64,000 bases of DNA from positions 1 through 64,000 of IMG/VR virus record IMGVR_UViG_3300011727_000029; one strand, 5' to 3'. Of this stretch, positions 29,959 to 38,193 are shown one piece after another. How positions within the stretch are numbered: the stretch's first letter is position 1; the number at the start of each line of letters is the position of its first letter. The notes under the pieces are model-generated. The model worked only from the letters and a program-made list of their open reading frames with translations, had not been told where the DNA came from and ran no database searches. Both the position numbers and the translations under genes were made by a program. The stretch is from a virus. Lineage: Duplodnaviria; Caudoviricetes.

Positions 29959-30689
29959 AGTGTTCTGTTTTTTAATTCGTTTTCGTAGGTTTCAACAAAG
30001 TCATTAAGAGAATAATGTTTTGCTTTTTGAATCTCAGTTATTAATTCTTCATTTGACATTAATTTGCAATTTCGCTTTGCTTGTTCTAAGAAAAAATCAA
30101 CTTCCTTTTCTGATGAATGAAATTCCTGGAGTCTTTTCGCTCTTTGTTCTTTTATAATTTTTCTTGACATTTTGTCAAGCATTTCAAGATTATAATTCAA
30201 AGAATCTTCATCGGTTTTATTAACTGTGGTTTTGTTGTTTATTTGACTTTCCTCTCTTTTTTGACTTTTTTTAGTTAGATAAGCCGGGATTATCAATGAG
30301 TGTATAACATCAGAATCTAAACGTCCTTTTAAGCTACCGAATTCTCCTTGTCTTGCCATTTTAAACATTAAACCAATATCATCAAGAGTTTCATATTTCA
30401 TTTTATCGAAAACATCCGATGCTAAAGTTGTAGCTTGAGAAAGCGTGATGTTTTCGGCAAATTTTAATGTTGAAGCTGTGTTTAATATTAATTCTCTGAT
30501 AAAAACAATACAGCTCATTTCATTGATTTCTTTGTTGTTGATTAAATTAATAAGCGGCTTTTTGTCTAAAACTTGATTAAAATTTAATGATCTTTCAAAT
30601 TCAATTATCGAAAGAGATTTATCTTGTGATTTATTAATTGTAGATACCCAAAGGGTCGTGTCCTCTATCTTTTTGATTTGATTTTCCAT
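29955..30689 (-). CDS. Replication-associated hypothetical protein
   Basis: Follows initiator; FKMARQGEFG motif. Confidence 0.6.
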   Translation of the reverse strand: MENQIKKIEDTTLWVSTINKSQDKSLSIIEFERSLNFNQVLDKKPLINLINNKEINEMSCIVFIRELILNTASTLKFAENITLSQATTLASDVFDKMKYETLDDIGLMFKMARQGEFGSLKGRLDSDVIHSLIIPAYLTKKSQKREESQINNKTTVNKTDEDSLNYNLEMLDKMSRKIIKEQRAKRLQEFHSSEKEVDFFLEQAKRNCKLMSNEELITEIQKAKHYSLNDFVETYENELKNRTL

Positions 30690-31446
30690 TGTTTAAATTT
30701 TTTGCCACCCATGAATATTCGAACCCTTGCCAACCTTTGTCTGCACAAACTTTCACAGCTTCGTAAACTGGGAAATTATTTACTTGACATTCGTTTAAAA
30801 TCTTTTTTAAAGCTCGTTCTGTAAATGGTGCTTTTTTTTCTTTTCTGATTTTTAGCCAATCATCAATATCTTTTGGATCCGCACCATTTAATTGAAGTTC
30901 TTCTTTCCAATTTTCTAAATCTTTATTTTTATTTAAATCTTTATTTTCAATTTCATTTTCATTTCTATATAGTTCAAACATTTGTTCAAACACTTGTTCA
31001 AGCATTTGTTCGTTTTTTAAATCAATAGAATCAAAATCAAAATTTTCTTGTATAAATTCTTTGACTTTTTTCTTTTTAAATTCTTGCGGGAATTTTTTAG
31101 AAAAAAACCTCATCAAATACGACATCTTACCAGCGTTTGAGCGCTTTTCTTTAAATATTTCTCGGCTTTTTAAAATGTCTGATGTTCGCTGGTTCGTTAA
31201 GTTTCCGAACTCATCTTTGTTAAACTTGTGTTTTAACACTTGTTCAAACACTTGTTCAAATCTGTTGAATTCTGAAAATCGAACATTACACAGAACTGCT
31301 AGCTTTTCTATATCATCCGGAAGAGAACCTTTATCGTAATTGTGTAATAGTAGATTTAAAAACCAACCGCGACAATCCGCATCCATATCAGCTGTTGAGA
31401 CTAACCAATCGTTTATATACAGTAAAACTGCTGGATCCTTTTTCAT
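30634..31446 (-). CDS. Replication initiator (YdaU/DUF1376-like)
   Basis: PAVLLYINDWL..RGWFLNLL N-terminus; internal iteron-like repeats; C-terminal WLKIRKEKKAP..KGWQGF. Confidence 0.75.
   Translation of the reverse strand: MKKDPAVLLYINDWLVSTADMDADCRGWFLNLLLHNYDKGSLPDDIEKLAVLCNVRFSEFNRFEQVFEQVLKHKFNKDEFGNLTNQRTSDILKSREIFKEKRSNAGKMSYLMRFFSKKFPQEFKKKKVKEFIQENFDFDSIDLKNEQMLEQVFEQMFELYRNENEIENKDLNKNKDLENWKEELQLNGADPKDIDDWLKIRKEKKAPFTERALKKILNECQVNNFPVYEAVKVCADKGWQGFEYSWVAKNLNNGKSNQKDRGHDPLGIYN
30971..31012. repeat. 12-bp tandem repeats (iteron cluster A)
   Basis: AGTTCAAACATT TGTTCAAACACT TGTTCAAGCATT TGTTCG. Confidence 0.8.
31229..31264. repeat. 12-bp tandem repeats (iteron cluster B)
   Basis: TGTTTTAACACT TGTTCAAACACT TGTTCAAATCTG. 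Confidence 0.75.
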
Positions 31447-31613
31447 TTATCAATTCTCACTCTTTTACGCGTACGTGAATCAATCCAAATCCATTTATAA
31501 GCGTAATTCAACATCTTTTGTTTTTCATCGTATTTCTCCTTTATTTCAACCGCTTTATTTCTTACAGCTTTGTTAAAATCATTCGAGCATACATTTACAT
31601 TTTCGTCACTCAT
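31443..31613 (-). CDS. 56-aa hypothetical protein (not in ORF track)
   Basis: MSDENVNVCSNDFNKAV..RVRIDK; ATGA overlap with initiator. Confidence 0.55.
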   Translation of the reverse strand: MSDENVNVCSNDFNKAVRNKAVEIKEKYDEKQKMLNYAYKWIWIDSRTRKRVRIDK

Positions 31614-31782
31614 TTGTTAGATTTTTATTATTGAAATAATTTTTTAATTCCTGTCGTGTAAAATCCTTGATTAAACCATCACTACGCTTGATTGTGTCTA
31701 TTGTTTTCCATATACTATCTCTAGAATTAGATTTAGTTCCAATGATTTTGTAATTAAAACCATTACATTCAAACTCAAGCAT
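31606..31782 (-). CDS. Hypothetical protein
   Basis: Start at ATG 31782 avoids overlap with upstream gene. Confidence 0.6.
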   Translation of the reverse strand: MLEFECNGFNYKIIGTKSNSRDSIWKTIDTIKRSDGLIKDFTRQELKNYFNNKNLTNE

Positions 31783-31789
31783 TAAGATT

Positions 31790-32251
31790 TCACCCTTGAC
31801 ACTTACCAACATCGTTTAAAGTTGACAGCTTACCTAAGTGTCTGATTCGGTTTTTAATTTTCTGAATCTCCTTTCTTATTAATTCTTTGGTGTGTTTAGA
31901 ATTACATTTCAGTGAATCTATTTCCAGTTGTGACTTTTTATCAATAAGCATTTGATATGCTGCATCGATTAAATCTTTTCTTTCGTCAAGATTTTCAACC
32001 ACTTTGTAAGTAGTGTTTTTCTTTTGAGTGTATACGTTCTCTGTGTATCCAGTTTCTGCGATTAAGAATGAATTTTTCAACTCTGTAACTCGTGGTGAAA
32101 TTTCATTGATTGGCTTCATTGTCAGCTCCGAAAGCTTTTGAATAGTTATATCAACGTTTCTTGATATGATGTTGAAAATGTATTGACGTTTTTCAGGAAG
32201 TTCATTTACAATACTTGCAAATGCTTCGTTTCTATGAATTTCTGATCTCAT
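31790..32251 (-). CDS. Winged-helix DNA-binding protein
   Basis: TIQKLSELTMKPINEISPRVTELK. Confidence 0.7.
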   Translation of the reverse strand: MRSEIHRNEAFASIVNELPEKRQYIFNIISRNVDITIQKLSELTMKPINEISPRVTELKNSFLIAETGYTENVYTQKKNTTYKVVENLDERKDLIDAAYQMLIDKKSQLEIDSLKCNSKHTKELIRKEIQKIKNRIRHLGKLSTLNDVGKCQG

Positions 32252-32682
32252 TTTATAATATTGTTGTTTTTAAGTTCAATTTGTATTTCATCAAGAAAAT
32301 CCTTTTCATCTGGAGATGGTAAGTATATTCCAGCTTCTCGACTTGCGTAATCTCTGAAATTGTTAATTGCAATAGTCATTTCTTTCGTGTCTAAAGTTGC
32401 AGTACTTCGCCACCTTTGAATAGGAAATAAATCCCCAAATTCTCCCTCATAAAAAATGACTGGGTTAACAATTTTTTTGAAAATATCCTGTTTAACTTCT
32501 TCGAGTGTGTAACCGAATTCAAAACCAAACCATCCTAAAATCAAATGCAAATAACTATTTTGCTTTATGGTTCGTTTTGGTTTTTTTTCAGTTAATTCAA
32601 TTGTTGCTTTTTTTTCCATTAAGAATTTAAAGCGTTCAATTGCTCTTTGTCTATGATGTAGATTGGTTGTTTTGTAAATCAT
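32248..32682 (-). CDS. NinB/Orf-like recombination accessory protein
   Basis: RTIKQNSYLH, STATLDTKEM..I, GIYLP. Confidence 0.7.
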   Translation of the reverse strand: MIYKTTNLHHRQRAIERFKFLMEKKATIELTEKKPKRTIKQNSYLHLILGWFGFEFGYTLEEVKQDIFKKIVNPVIFYEGEFGDLFPIQRWRSTATLDTKEMTIAINNFRDYASREAGIYLPSPDEKDFLDEIQIELKNNNIIK

Positions 32683-32803
32683 GTTTATACTCTTTAAAAA
32701 ATTGATTCATAAAATCTTTTTCCCAATCTGAACAATCATTTAGATGCTTATTATTTACAAGCCATCGACCATCGATTAACTTAATTGTGATTTGTGTAGT
32801 CAT
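32651..32803 (-). CDS. 50-aa hypothetical protein
   Basis: True start likely MTTQITIK (32803), downstream of the tRNA-like gene. Confidence 0.55.
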   Translation of the reverse strand: MTTQITIKLIDGRWLVNNKHLNDCSDWEKDFMNQFFKEYKHDLQNNQSTS

Positions 32804-32822
32804 AATAATGTTGTTTGATTTG

Positions 32823-32936
32823 CTCCCTTGCCAGGATTCGAACCTAGATTTGTCATAGACCACTTATGAACGTCCGTCACGATCGGAACCAATTATGCAC
32901 ACTAGGGCATAGCGTCTACCATTCCGCCACAAGGGA
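32823..32936 (-). tRNA. Atypical tRNA-like RNA (Leu-like D arm, 8-nt anticodon loop, 46-nt variable region); identity undetermined
   Basis: Acceptor TCCCTTG/CAAGGGA, D arm GCGGAATGGTAGACGC, T arm CTAGG-TTCGAAT-CCTGG. Confidence 0.8.
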
Positions 32937-32943
32937 AACCACA

Positions 32944-33654
32944 TTAAATCTCAATTATGGGTAAGCGGTCTGTAATTTTTATTATTTGTTCTAAAACAGA
33001 ATCAATGGCTTCATCTGTTATTTGTTCAATAATATCATTTGCTTGAGGAGAAACTAAAGTACAAGTCAGATCATCAGGATTGAAATAAGTTTCCAGTTCT
33101 AGAATATATTTTTTACCACCTTTAAAAATTGGCAACTCTACATTGAAAGTTGGTGGTAAATTACTATCTACAACTTGATTGTAAATTAATTTTTTATCGC
33201 CTTTGTTTAAATCAATATTCTGCTCAACTTCTTTATTTACTTTTGCTTTGAATACTTTTAATAAAGAAACCAATTCCATTGCAGTCTGTGTGTTTTCAAA
33301 ATAACTTCGGTTCATTTTGAATAGTTCTGACATTTCAAGCGGTGTTCTATATTTACCTGAATTAATACCGAATTTTTCAAAAACAGGATGAATAGATAAT
33401 TGCCCTCTCACCATAGAATGCTCATAGGTGTTTGTTTCGTTAAAAACTAAAGAAATTATTTTTTTATCACGTGCTACAACAATGTGAGCTTCGTTTAAAT
33501 CAATTTTTTCTAATCTTTTTTCTAACCATTTTACTGGAGAATCTAAAACACCATATATTTCAATATTTAATGGAGGTTTTATTTCTAAGGCTTCACCTTG
33601 ACGTACTTCTAAAAATTGCCCTGATTCGTTTAAAGTAATGTTTACATCTTTCAT
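32944..33654 (-). CDS. Conserved phage early protein (possibly YfdQ/DUF2303-like)
   Basis: FNVELPIFKG motif; paired with 33657..34076; family call from memory only. Confidence 0.45.
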   Translation of the reverse strand: MKDVNITLNESGQFLEVRQGEALEIKPPLNIEIYGVLDSPVKWLEKRLEKIDLNEAHIVVARDKKIISLVFNETNTYEHSMVRGQLSIHPVFEKFGINSGKYRTPLEMSELFKMNRSYFENTQTAMELVSLLKVFKAKVNKEVEQNIDLNKGDKKLIYNQVVDSNLPPTFNVELPIFKGGKKYILELETYFNPDDLTCTLVSPQANDIIEQITDEAIDSVLEQIIKITDRLPIIEI

Positions 33655-33656
33655 AA

Positions 33657-34076
33657 TTACTGAACTTTTCTATTGATATTAAAAATTGTTGATTGTTTTT
33701 CTTGTGGTAGAATTGGACGAGAATAAACGAGCTCACCTAATTGATTATAAAATCCGACCATTCCTTCTTCATGGCTAATCATTTTGAAACAATCTTCTTC
33801 AACTACTTCAGCTTTATTGTGAATTTTTTCTAGTAAATCACTATGTTCAATATTCAAAGGTTTCATTCTATCTTTGAACTCGTCCATAACATCTTTTTTC
33901 TCTATTGCGATTGAATTAATATTAATTGCAACTGTTGATAATTTATCTTTAAACTCTGCTAATTCTTCGTGTGTAAATTTTCGAGTATATGATGTTAATT
34001 CTATCGAATCTGCATTATCTTGTAAAAATGCTTTTCGTTGCTCAGGGGCATGATCTGCAAATAATTGTTTTTCCAT
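33657..34076 (-). CDS. Conserved phage early protein (partner of previous gene)
   Basis: VGFYNQLGELVYSRP..EKQSTIF. Confidence 0.6.
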   Translation of the reverse strand: MEKQLFADHAPEQRKAFLQDNADSIELTSYTRKFTHEELAEFKDKLSTVAININSIAIEKKDVMDEFKDRMKPLNIEHSDLLEKIHNKAEVVEEDCFKMISHEEGMVGFYNQLGELVYSRPILPQEKQSTIFNINRKVQ

Positions 34077-34087
34077 ATAAATTGAAT

Positions 34088-34120
34088 TAAAATGCAGCCA
34101 GCCAAAACCGACTGCATTAA
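34088..34120 (-). terminator. Terminator-like hairpin after exonuclease gene
   Basis: AATGCAGTCGG-TTTTGG-CTGGCTGCATT then T-rich tract. Confidence 0.5.
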
Positions 34121-34123
34121 TTA

Positions 34124-34834
34124 TTATTTAAAATTTTTGATTAGTTCTAATTTCTTGTCAATCGCTAATTGTAGACGTAATTTCAATAATTCAATATCAT
34201 TTTCGTTACGTTCGATAACTGCATAATGCAGGCGGTGTTTTTCTTTTGAAAATCTTTTGTCATAACTAATAAAAAACCACTTAGATTTTTTAGCACATAG
34301 CATTGAAAATTGAATTTGCCAGTAGTAATCAGAATTTATTTTCTTTAAGTCTTGACCATTTAAAATACCTTTATAAATAACATGTGTGGATGATTTAGGG
34401 CACTTTGTTTCTGCACCAAAACCATAACCTAAGCCGTCAGGTGTACAACCCGCATGTTTACCATATTTAATAAATTTTTGATTTTCACCAGTATTATTTA
34501 CGAATAACCTTGTCTTTTCCTCAAATTTCTCAATTGCTTCAACTTCATTATCTTTACCCCATTGCATAGCTTCTGAACTGAATGATTCAGGCAGGCCATC
34601 AGTTAAAGTTTCAGCCACTTTTTCAATTACATAAGTAATCGCACCTACTGGTAATTCATTAGGTTTAGACAAAGCGGTCATAAGTCGATGAATTTCACTT
34701 GCTGTGAATTTACCTTTGCGTTGTAAAAGCCATTCTTCGTGACTTTTGTCTGCTTGAAGATTATTCAAAGCCCCTAAATCAAGGCTTTGAATAACGTTCA
34801 TTTCTACTGGTTGTAATTGAAGTGCTGAATTCAT
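34124..34834 (-). CDS. YqaJ-type (lambda exonuclease-like) viral recombination nuclease
   Basis: WLLQRKGKFTAS, WGKDNE, CTPDG, ETKCP, YYWQIQ. Confidence 0.9.
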   Translation of the reverse strand: MNSALQLQPVEMNVIQSLDLGALNNLQADKSHEEWLLQRKGKFTASEIHRLMTALSKPNELPVGAITYVIEKVAETLTDGLPESFSSEAMQWGKDNEVEAIEKFEEKTRLFVNNTGENQKFIKYGKHAGCTPDGLGYGFGAETKCPKSSTHVIYKGILNGQDLKKINSDYYWQIQFSMLCAKKSKWFFISYDKRFSKEKHRLHYAVIERNENDIELLKLRLQLAIDKKLELIKNFK

Positions 34835-34835
34835 C

Positions 34836-35240
34836 TTATGCTAATTTTGTTACATCAAAAATCATTGTAGAACCTTTAGAACTTTTGTTATTACGTTTAT
34901 CTCGATAAACAATTTCTACAGGTGTTTGAATTGGTAAATTTTTAACCGCTTCAATTAATGTCATTTGGCCACTTAAGAAACATTCAGTTGTTGAAACAAA
35001 TAATGCACAATTAACCATTTCGCCATCTTCGTTCGGTATTTCTTTCATACCCATATAATAGGCTCTAACTGGTTTGTCTTGTAACTTAGCCCACTCATCA
35101 GCTGTTTTATATTTCAAAGTCAATGAAAACTCAGGTTTCATTTCATTTAATTGACCTAAACTTTCTGTATTAGGTATTAAAAAAGCTACTTCTGTACCAG
35201 CTGCTTTTTCTACTTCTGTGTTTTGGTTTTTCTTTGCCAT
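34836..35240 (-). CDS. Hypothetical protein at the usual recombinase/SSB position
   Basis: 134 aa from ATG 35240; beta-rich. Confidence 0.65.
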   Translation of the reverse strand: MAKKNQNTEVEKAAGTEVAFLIPNTESLGQLNEMKPEFSLTLKYKTADEWAKLQDKPVRAYYMGMKEIPNEDGEMVNCALFVSTTECFLSGQMTLIEAVKNLPIQTPVEIVYRDKRNNKSSKGSTMIFDVTKLA

Positions 35241-35259
35241 AATAATGTGATTTAATTGA

Positions 35260-35436
35260 TTATTTAATTTTTTGATTTTTACCATGTTTAGCACGAAACA
35301 AAACACGGCATTGAGCTATTTTCTTTTTTCTTTCTTCAACTTGTTCAAGTATCATGTTTTGAAACTTGCTTTGCTCAATACTACTCATCTGCAACTTCAT
35401 AGTATTGAATAATTCAATGCCTTGTTCTGCTGTCAT
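35260..35436 (-). CDS. 58-aa hypothetical protein (not in ORF track)
   Basis: MTAEQGIELFNTMK..GKNQKIK; TAATG overlap. Confidence 0.6.
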   Translation of the reverse strand: MTAEQGIELFNTMKLQMSSIEQSKFQNMILEQVEERKKKIAQCRVLFRAKHGKNQKIK

Positions 35437-35732
35437 TATGCTGTTAATTTTATATATTCATCTTGCAATTTTTCAACTATCATATTTTCAAATTGCTTTT
35501 CTAAGCTTTTGTTTAATTTGAAAGTTGTACTACCATTATCACTCAATAGAACTGCTTTCATATTGACATCAATAGATTTTACATTTACTTCATTGAAATC
35601 AAAATCTACATTTACATTCTCATTGAATTTTACTTCAAGTTCACAAGTAGTATATTGAATGATCAAAGTGCTTTCGATAGAATGATTAATTTTTAATCTA
35701 GTTTCTATTATATCAGTGTTAATGTTTAGCAT
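35436..35732 (-). CDS. Hypothetical protein
   Basis: First gene after promoter 35753. Confidence 0.65.
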   Translation of the reverse strand: MLNINTDIIETRLKINHSIESTLIIQYTTCELEVKFNENVNVDFDFNEVNVKSIDVNMKAVLLSDNGSTTFKLNKSLEKQFENMIVEKLQDEYIKLTA

Positions 35733-35752
35733 GATTTATAATATTTATATCG

Positions 35753-35772
35753 CAAATATAATAATTATTATA
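35753..35772 (-). promoter_or_regulatory. Early promoter with overlapping palindromic operator
   Basis: TATATTTG (-7) overlapped by TATAATAATTATTATA; identical 20-mer at 36119..36138. Confidence 0.75.
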
Positions 35773-35822
35773 ATAAAACAAAATAATTTTATAATTTTTA
35801 TTATAATAAATCTTAATAATTA

Positions 35823-36065
35823 TTATAAACCCATTGATGTCACTATCTTAATGTAGTTTCTACCATACTTCTTTTTAAGATGCGTAAACTTAGCTCTGAC
35901 AGATTCAGCATTAGAATAATTATATTTTTTTGCTAATTCACCGTAAACAAGCATTTGGTTTGCATCTGGCTTATTCAGGTACATATCGACATAATCAGAA
36001 ACTAAATTCTTTTCCTTTAATAGAATTTCCTTTTTAAAAGGGCTAACTAATTTATTCTCAGTCAT
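35823..36065 (-). CDS. Cro-like regulator
   Basis: Divergent from repressor; ELAKKYNYSNAESVRAKF HTH-like; ATG 36065. Confidence 0.55.
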   Translation of the reverse strand: MTENKLVSPFKKEILLKEKNLVSDYVDMYLNKPDANQMLVYGELAKKYNYSNAESVRAKFTHLKKKYGRNYIKIVTSMGL

Positions 36066-36086
36066 AATCTTTATTATATTTTTTAT

Positions 36087-36138
36087 TATATTTGTATTTG
36101 AAAACGAAATAATATTCACAAATATAATAATTATTATA
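36087..36138. promoter_or_regulatory. Lysis/lysogeny switch: face-to-face promoters plus operator
   Basis: + TATATTTG 36087..36094; - TATATTTG 36119..36126; palindrome 36123..36138. Confidence 0.7.
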
Positions 36139-36175
36139 TAATTATAATAATAGTTATAATAAAAAAGTTAACAAA

Positions 36176-37009
36176 ATGAATGCAGATATATATAGCTTAG
36201 ATTTTTTTAAGAATTATTTGCACTATTTAAAAAATAAAAAGAAGTATAAAAACTTGACAGAATTGGGTAATTTGATTGGATCAAGTCAAAGTTATATTTC
36301 TCAAATAACAACCGGAAAAATTGCTTTAACTAAAGAATTTGCAGATAAATTATATTCTGTATTTCCTATTCAAGATTATATTGAACAAAATTCTTTTAAA
36401 TTAAATGGAAGTAATCATACTGTAAAAGAACCTAAACTACCTATAGAAATAGAACAAGAACTAATTATTTCTAAAGATGAAATATATACTAACAATTTTG
36501 GAGTTAAATTTCTTCCAATACCAAACGGTAAATTTCAAATGATTGTCCCAGTACTTAATGCAGCAGCTCAAGCAAGTTATATCGATAACTACCAGGATGT
36601 AGGTTATGTTGAATATATCTCAAACTTTCCAGACACTGAATCATTTATTGTTGATAAACCATTGCAAGGTAATTATGTATGTTTTAAGGTTATTAATGAT
36701 AGTATGGCTAATGATAATCCAAGAACTGCAATTCTACCTGAAGATGAAGCTTTAACTAGAGAATTACATAGGGACCATTGGAAGTCTAAATTAAAAATTA
36801 ATGACTTTCCGGAGTGGGTGATATTTACAACTAAAAATCCTTACCCTTTAATTAAAAATATTACAAATCATGATGTTGAAAATGGTGTAATTACATGCCA
36901 TTCTTATAATGAATTTGTGCCTGATTTTGATTTAAGTTTAAATGATGTTCAAGCATTGTTTTATGTAATCGATATTCGTAGAAAACGTAACAATAAATTT
37001 TATTATTAA
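36176..37009 (+). CDS. cI: CI-like repressor (HTH + S24 peptidase)
   Basis: ELGNLIGSSQSYISQI HTH; VINDSM serine; LIKNI lysine. Confidence 0.88.
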   Translation: MNADIYSLDFFKNYLHYLKNKKKYKNLTELGNLIGSSQSYISQITTGKIALTKEFADKLYSVFPIQDYIEQNSFKLNGSNHTVKEPKLPIEIEQELIISKDEIYTNNFGVKFLPIPNGKFQMIVPVLNAAAQASYIDNYQDVGYVEYISNFPDTESFIVDKPLQGNYVCFKVINDSMANDNPRTAILPEDEALTRELHRDHWKSKLKINDFPEWVIFTTKNPYPLIKNITNHDVENGVITCHSYNEFVPDFDLSLNDVQALFYVIDIRRKRNNKFYY

Positions 37010-37011
37010 TC

Positions 37012-37653
37012 TTGATTACAAAAGATATATATCAGAACAATGAATACATTTCAGTTTTACGTGAAACTGCGGATCTGTATGAGTATTGTAAAACTTTTAC
37101 TGACGTTTTCATTCCAATAAAGTATGATACTGAGTTTATCGTAGAAACTTACAATAATGTTTTTCTAAAAGATATAAGTGATTATCATTCAAGTAACATT
37201 ATTAGTAGGTCAAACTGGACGCATCATACTGCAAATACTTTTTTTCGTACTTGCCAATTGTTAGGTTATAATTGTGATTTTGAGTCTGAAAACAGACATG
37301 ATGGAATTATTAGAGATATTGATGGTAGTTTAATAATGTGTTCTGAATGGGAAATAGAAGAAAAAACTATTTTTAATGAAAAAGGAGAAATTAATAAATT
37401 ACTGAATACATGTAATATTCACAAAACATGTGAGGCATTATTATTCACATATAACATAAAAATTGATCCTAAGGAATTTATAAAAAAAGCTTATGAATTA
37501 TGGAATATTGATTCTAATAACACTAATTCAAGACTTTTTCTAATAACAGCTATTTTTAAAGATAGTGAAAATACAAAAATTAAATATCTTAAAGGATTGA
37601 GAACTTTTGTTATAGGAAAGGGAACAATTGACATTTGGGAAACTTTATCGTAA
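37012..37653 (+). CDS. Putative PD-(D/E)xK-fold nuclease
   Basis: E..RHDG..SEWE..EINKL spacing; TTG start 2 nt after cI stop. Confidence 0.5.
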   Translation: MITKDIYQNNEYISVLRETADLYEYCKTFTDVFIPIKYDTEFIVETYNNVFLKDISDYHSSNIISRSNWTHHTANTFFRTCQLLGYNCDFESENRHDGIIRDIDGSLIMCSEWEIEEKTIFNEKGEINKLLNTCNIHKTCEALLFTYNIKIDPKEFIKKAYELWNIDSNNTNSRLFLITAIFKDSENTKIKYLKGLRTFVIGKGTIDIWETLS

Positions 37654-37672
37654 CAACATAAAACCTATTAAT

Positions 37673-38191
37673 ATGAGAAACATAATAATATACCTATTTT
37701 TTATTTCATCATTTATAAATGCTCAAGAAAGTGAAAAAAATTATAAAGATGAGTTTACAGGTGATAACATCAAAAGAAGTTCATGGGAATTCCTGAATAA
37801 TGCTTCAAACGGTTTTACTGCAAAATTCAGATTGTCAAATATTGAGAATCTATATTATTTAGATTTGAAAATGATGATAGGAACTTCTTCGCCTAAAGTA
37901 TTTTCGATACATGAAGGAGATAAGTTAATGTTTAAATTAAAAAACGATGAAATTATTGAGATAAACAGTTTATCATCTGAAATAACATGCACCGGTTGTG
38001 GATCTACTGGATTAATTGGAAGTAAGGCACAAGGAATAAAAACAACATACGCATTAACGGACGAACAATTTAATAAATTAAAGTCTGAACCCGTATCCAA
38101 AATTCGTATTTATACTACAGATGGATATGTTGAAAATGATGTGAAAGGTAAACATTCAAAAACTATACAAAAAGCATTTCAATTATTCTAA
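37673..38191 (+). CDS. Secreted/periplasmic protein
   Basis: Signal peptide MRNIIIYLFFISSFINA-Q. Confidence 0.75.
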   Translation: MRNIIIYLFFISSFINAQESEKNYKDEFTGDNIKRSSWEFLNNASNGFTAKFRLSNIENLYYLDLKMMIGTSSPKVFSIHEGDKLMFKLKNDEIIEINSLSSEITCTGCGSTGLIGSKAQGIKTTYALTDEQFNKLKSEPVSKIRIYTTDGYVENDVKGKHSKTIQKAFQLF

Positions 38192-38193
38192 AC

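Noticed and set aside
30971-31264. Short repeats as a possible CRISPR or mini-array
   Set aside because: 12-bp in-frame tandem units without spacers; no cas genes in the window
32804-32863. N-terminal extension of ORF 32651..32863
   Set aside because: It would start inside the tRNA-like gene; ATG 32803 is the better start
32890-32910. tRNA-like gene as an amber suppressor indicating stop-codon reassignment
   Set aside because: The CUA register lacks U33, and all large genes are intact under code 11
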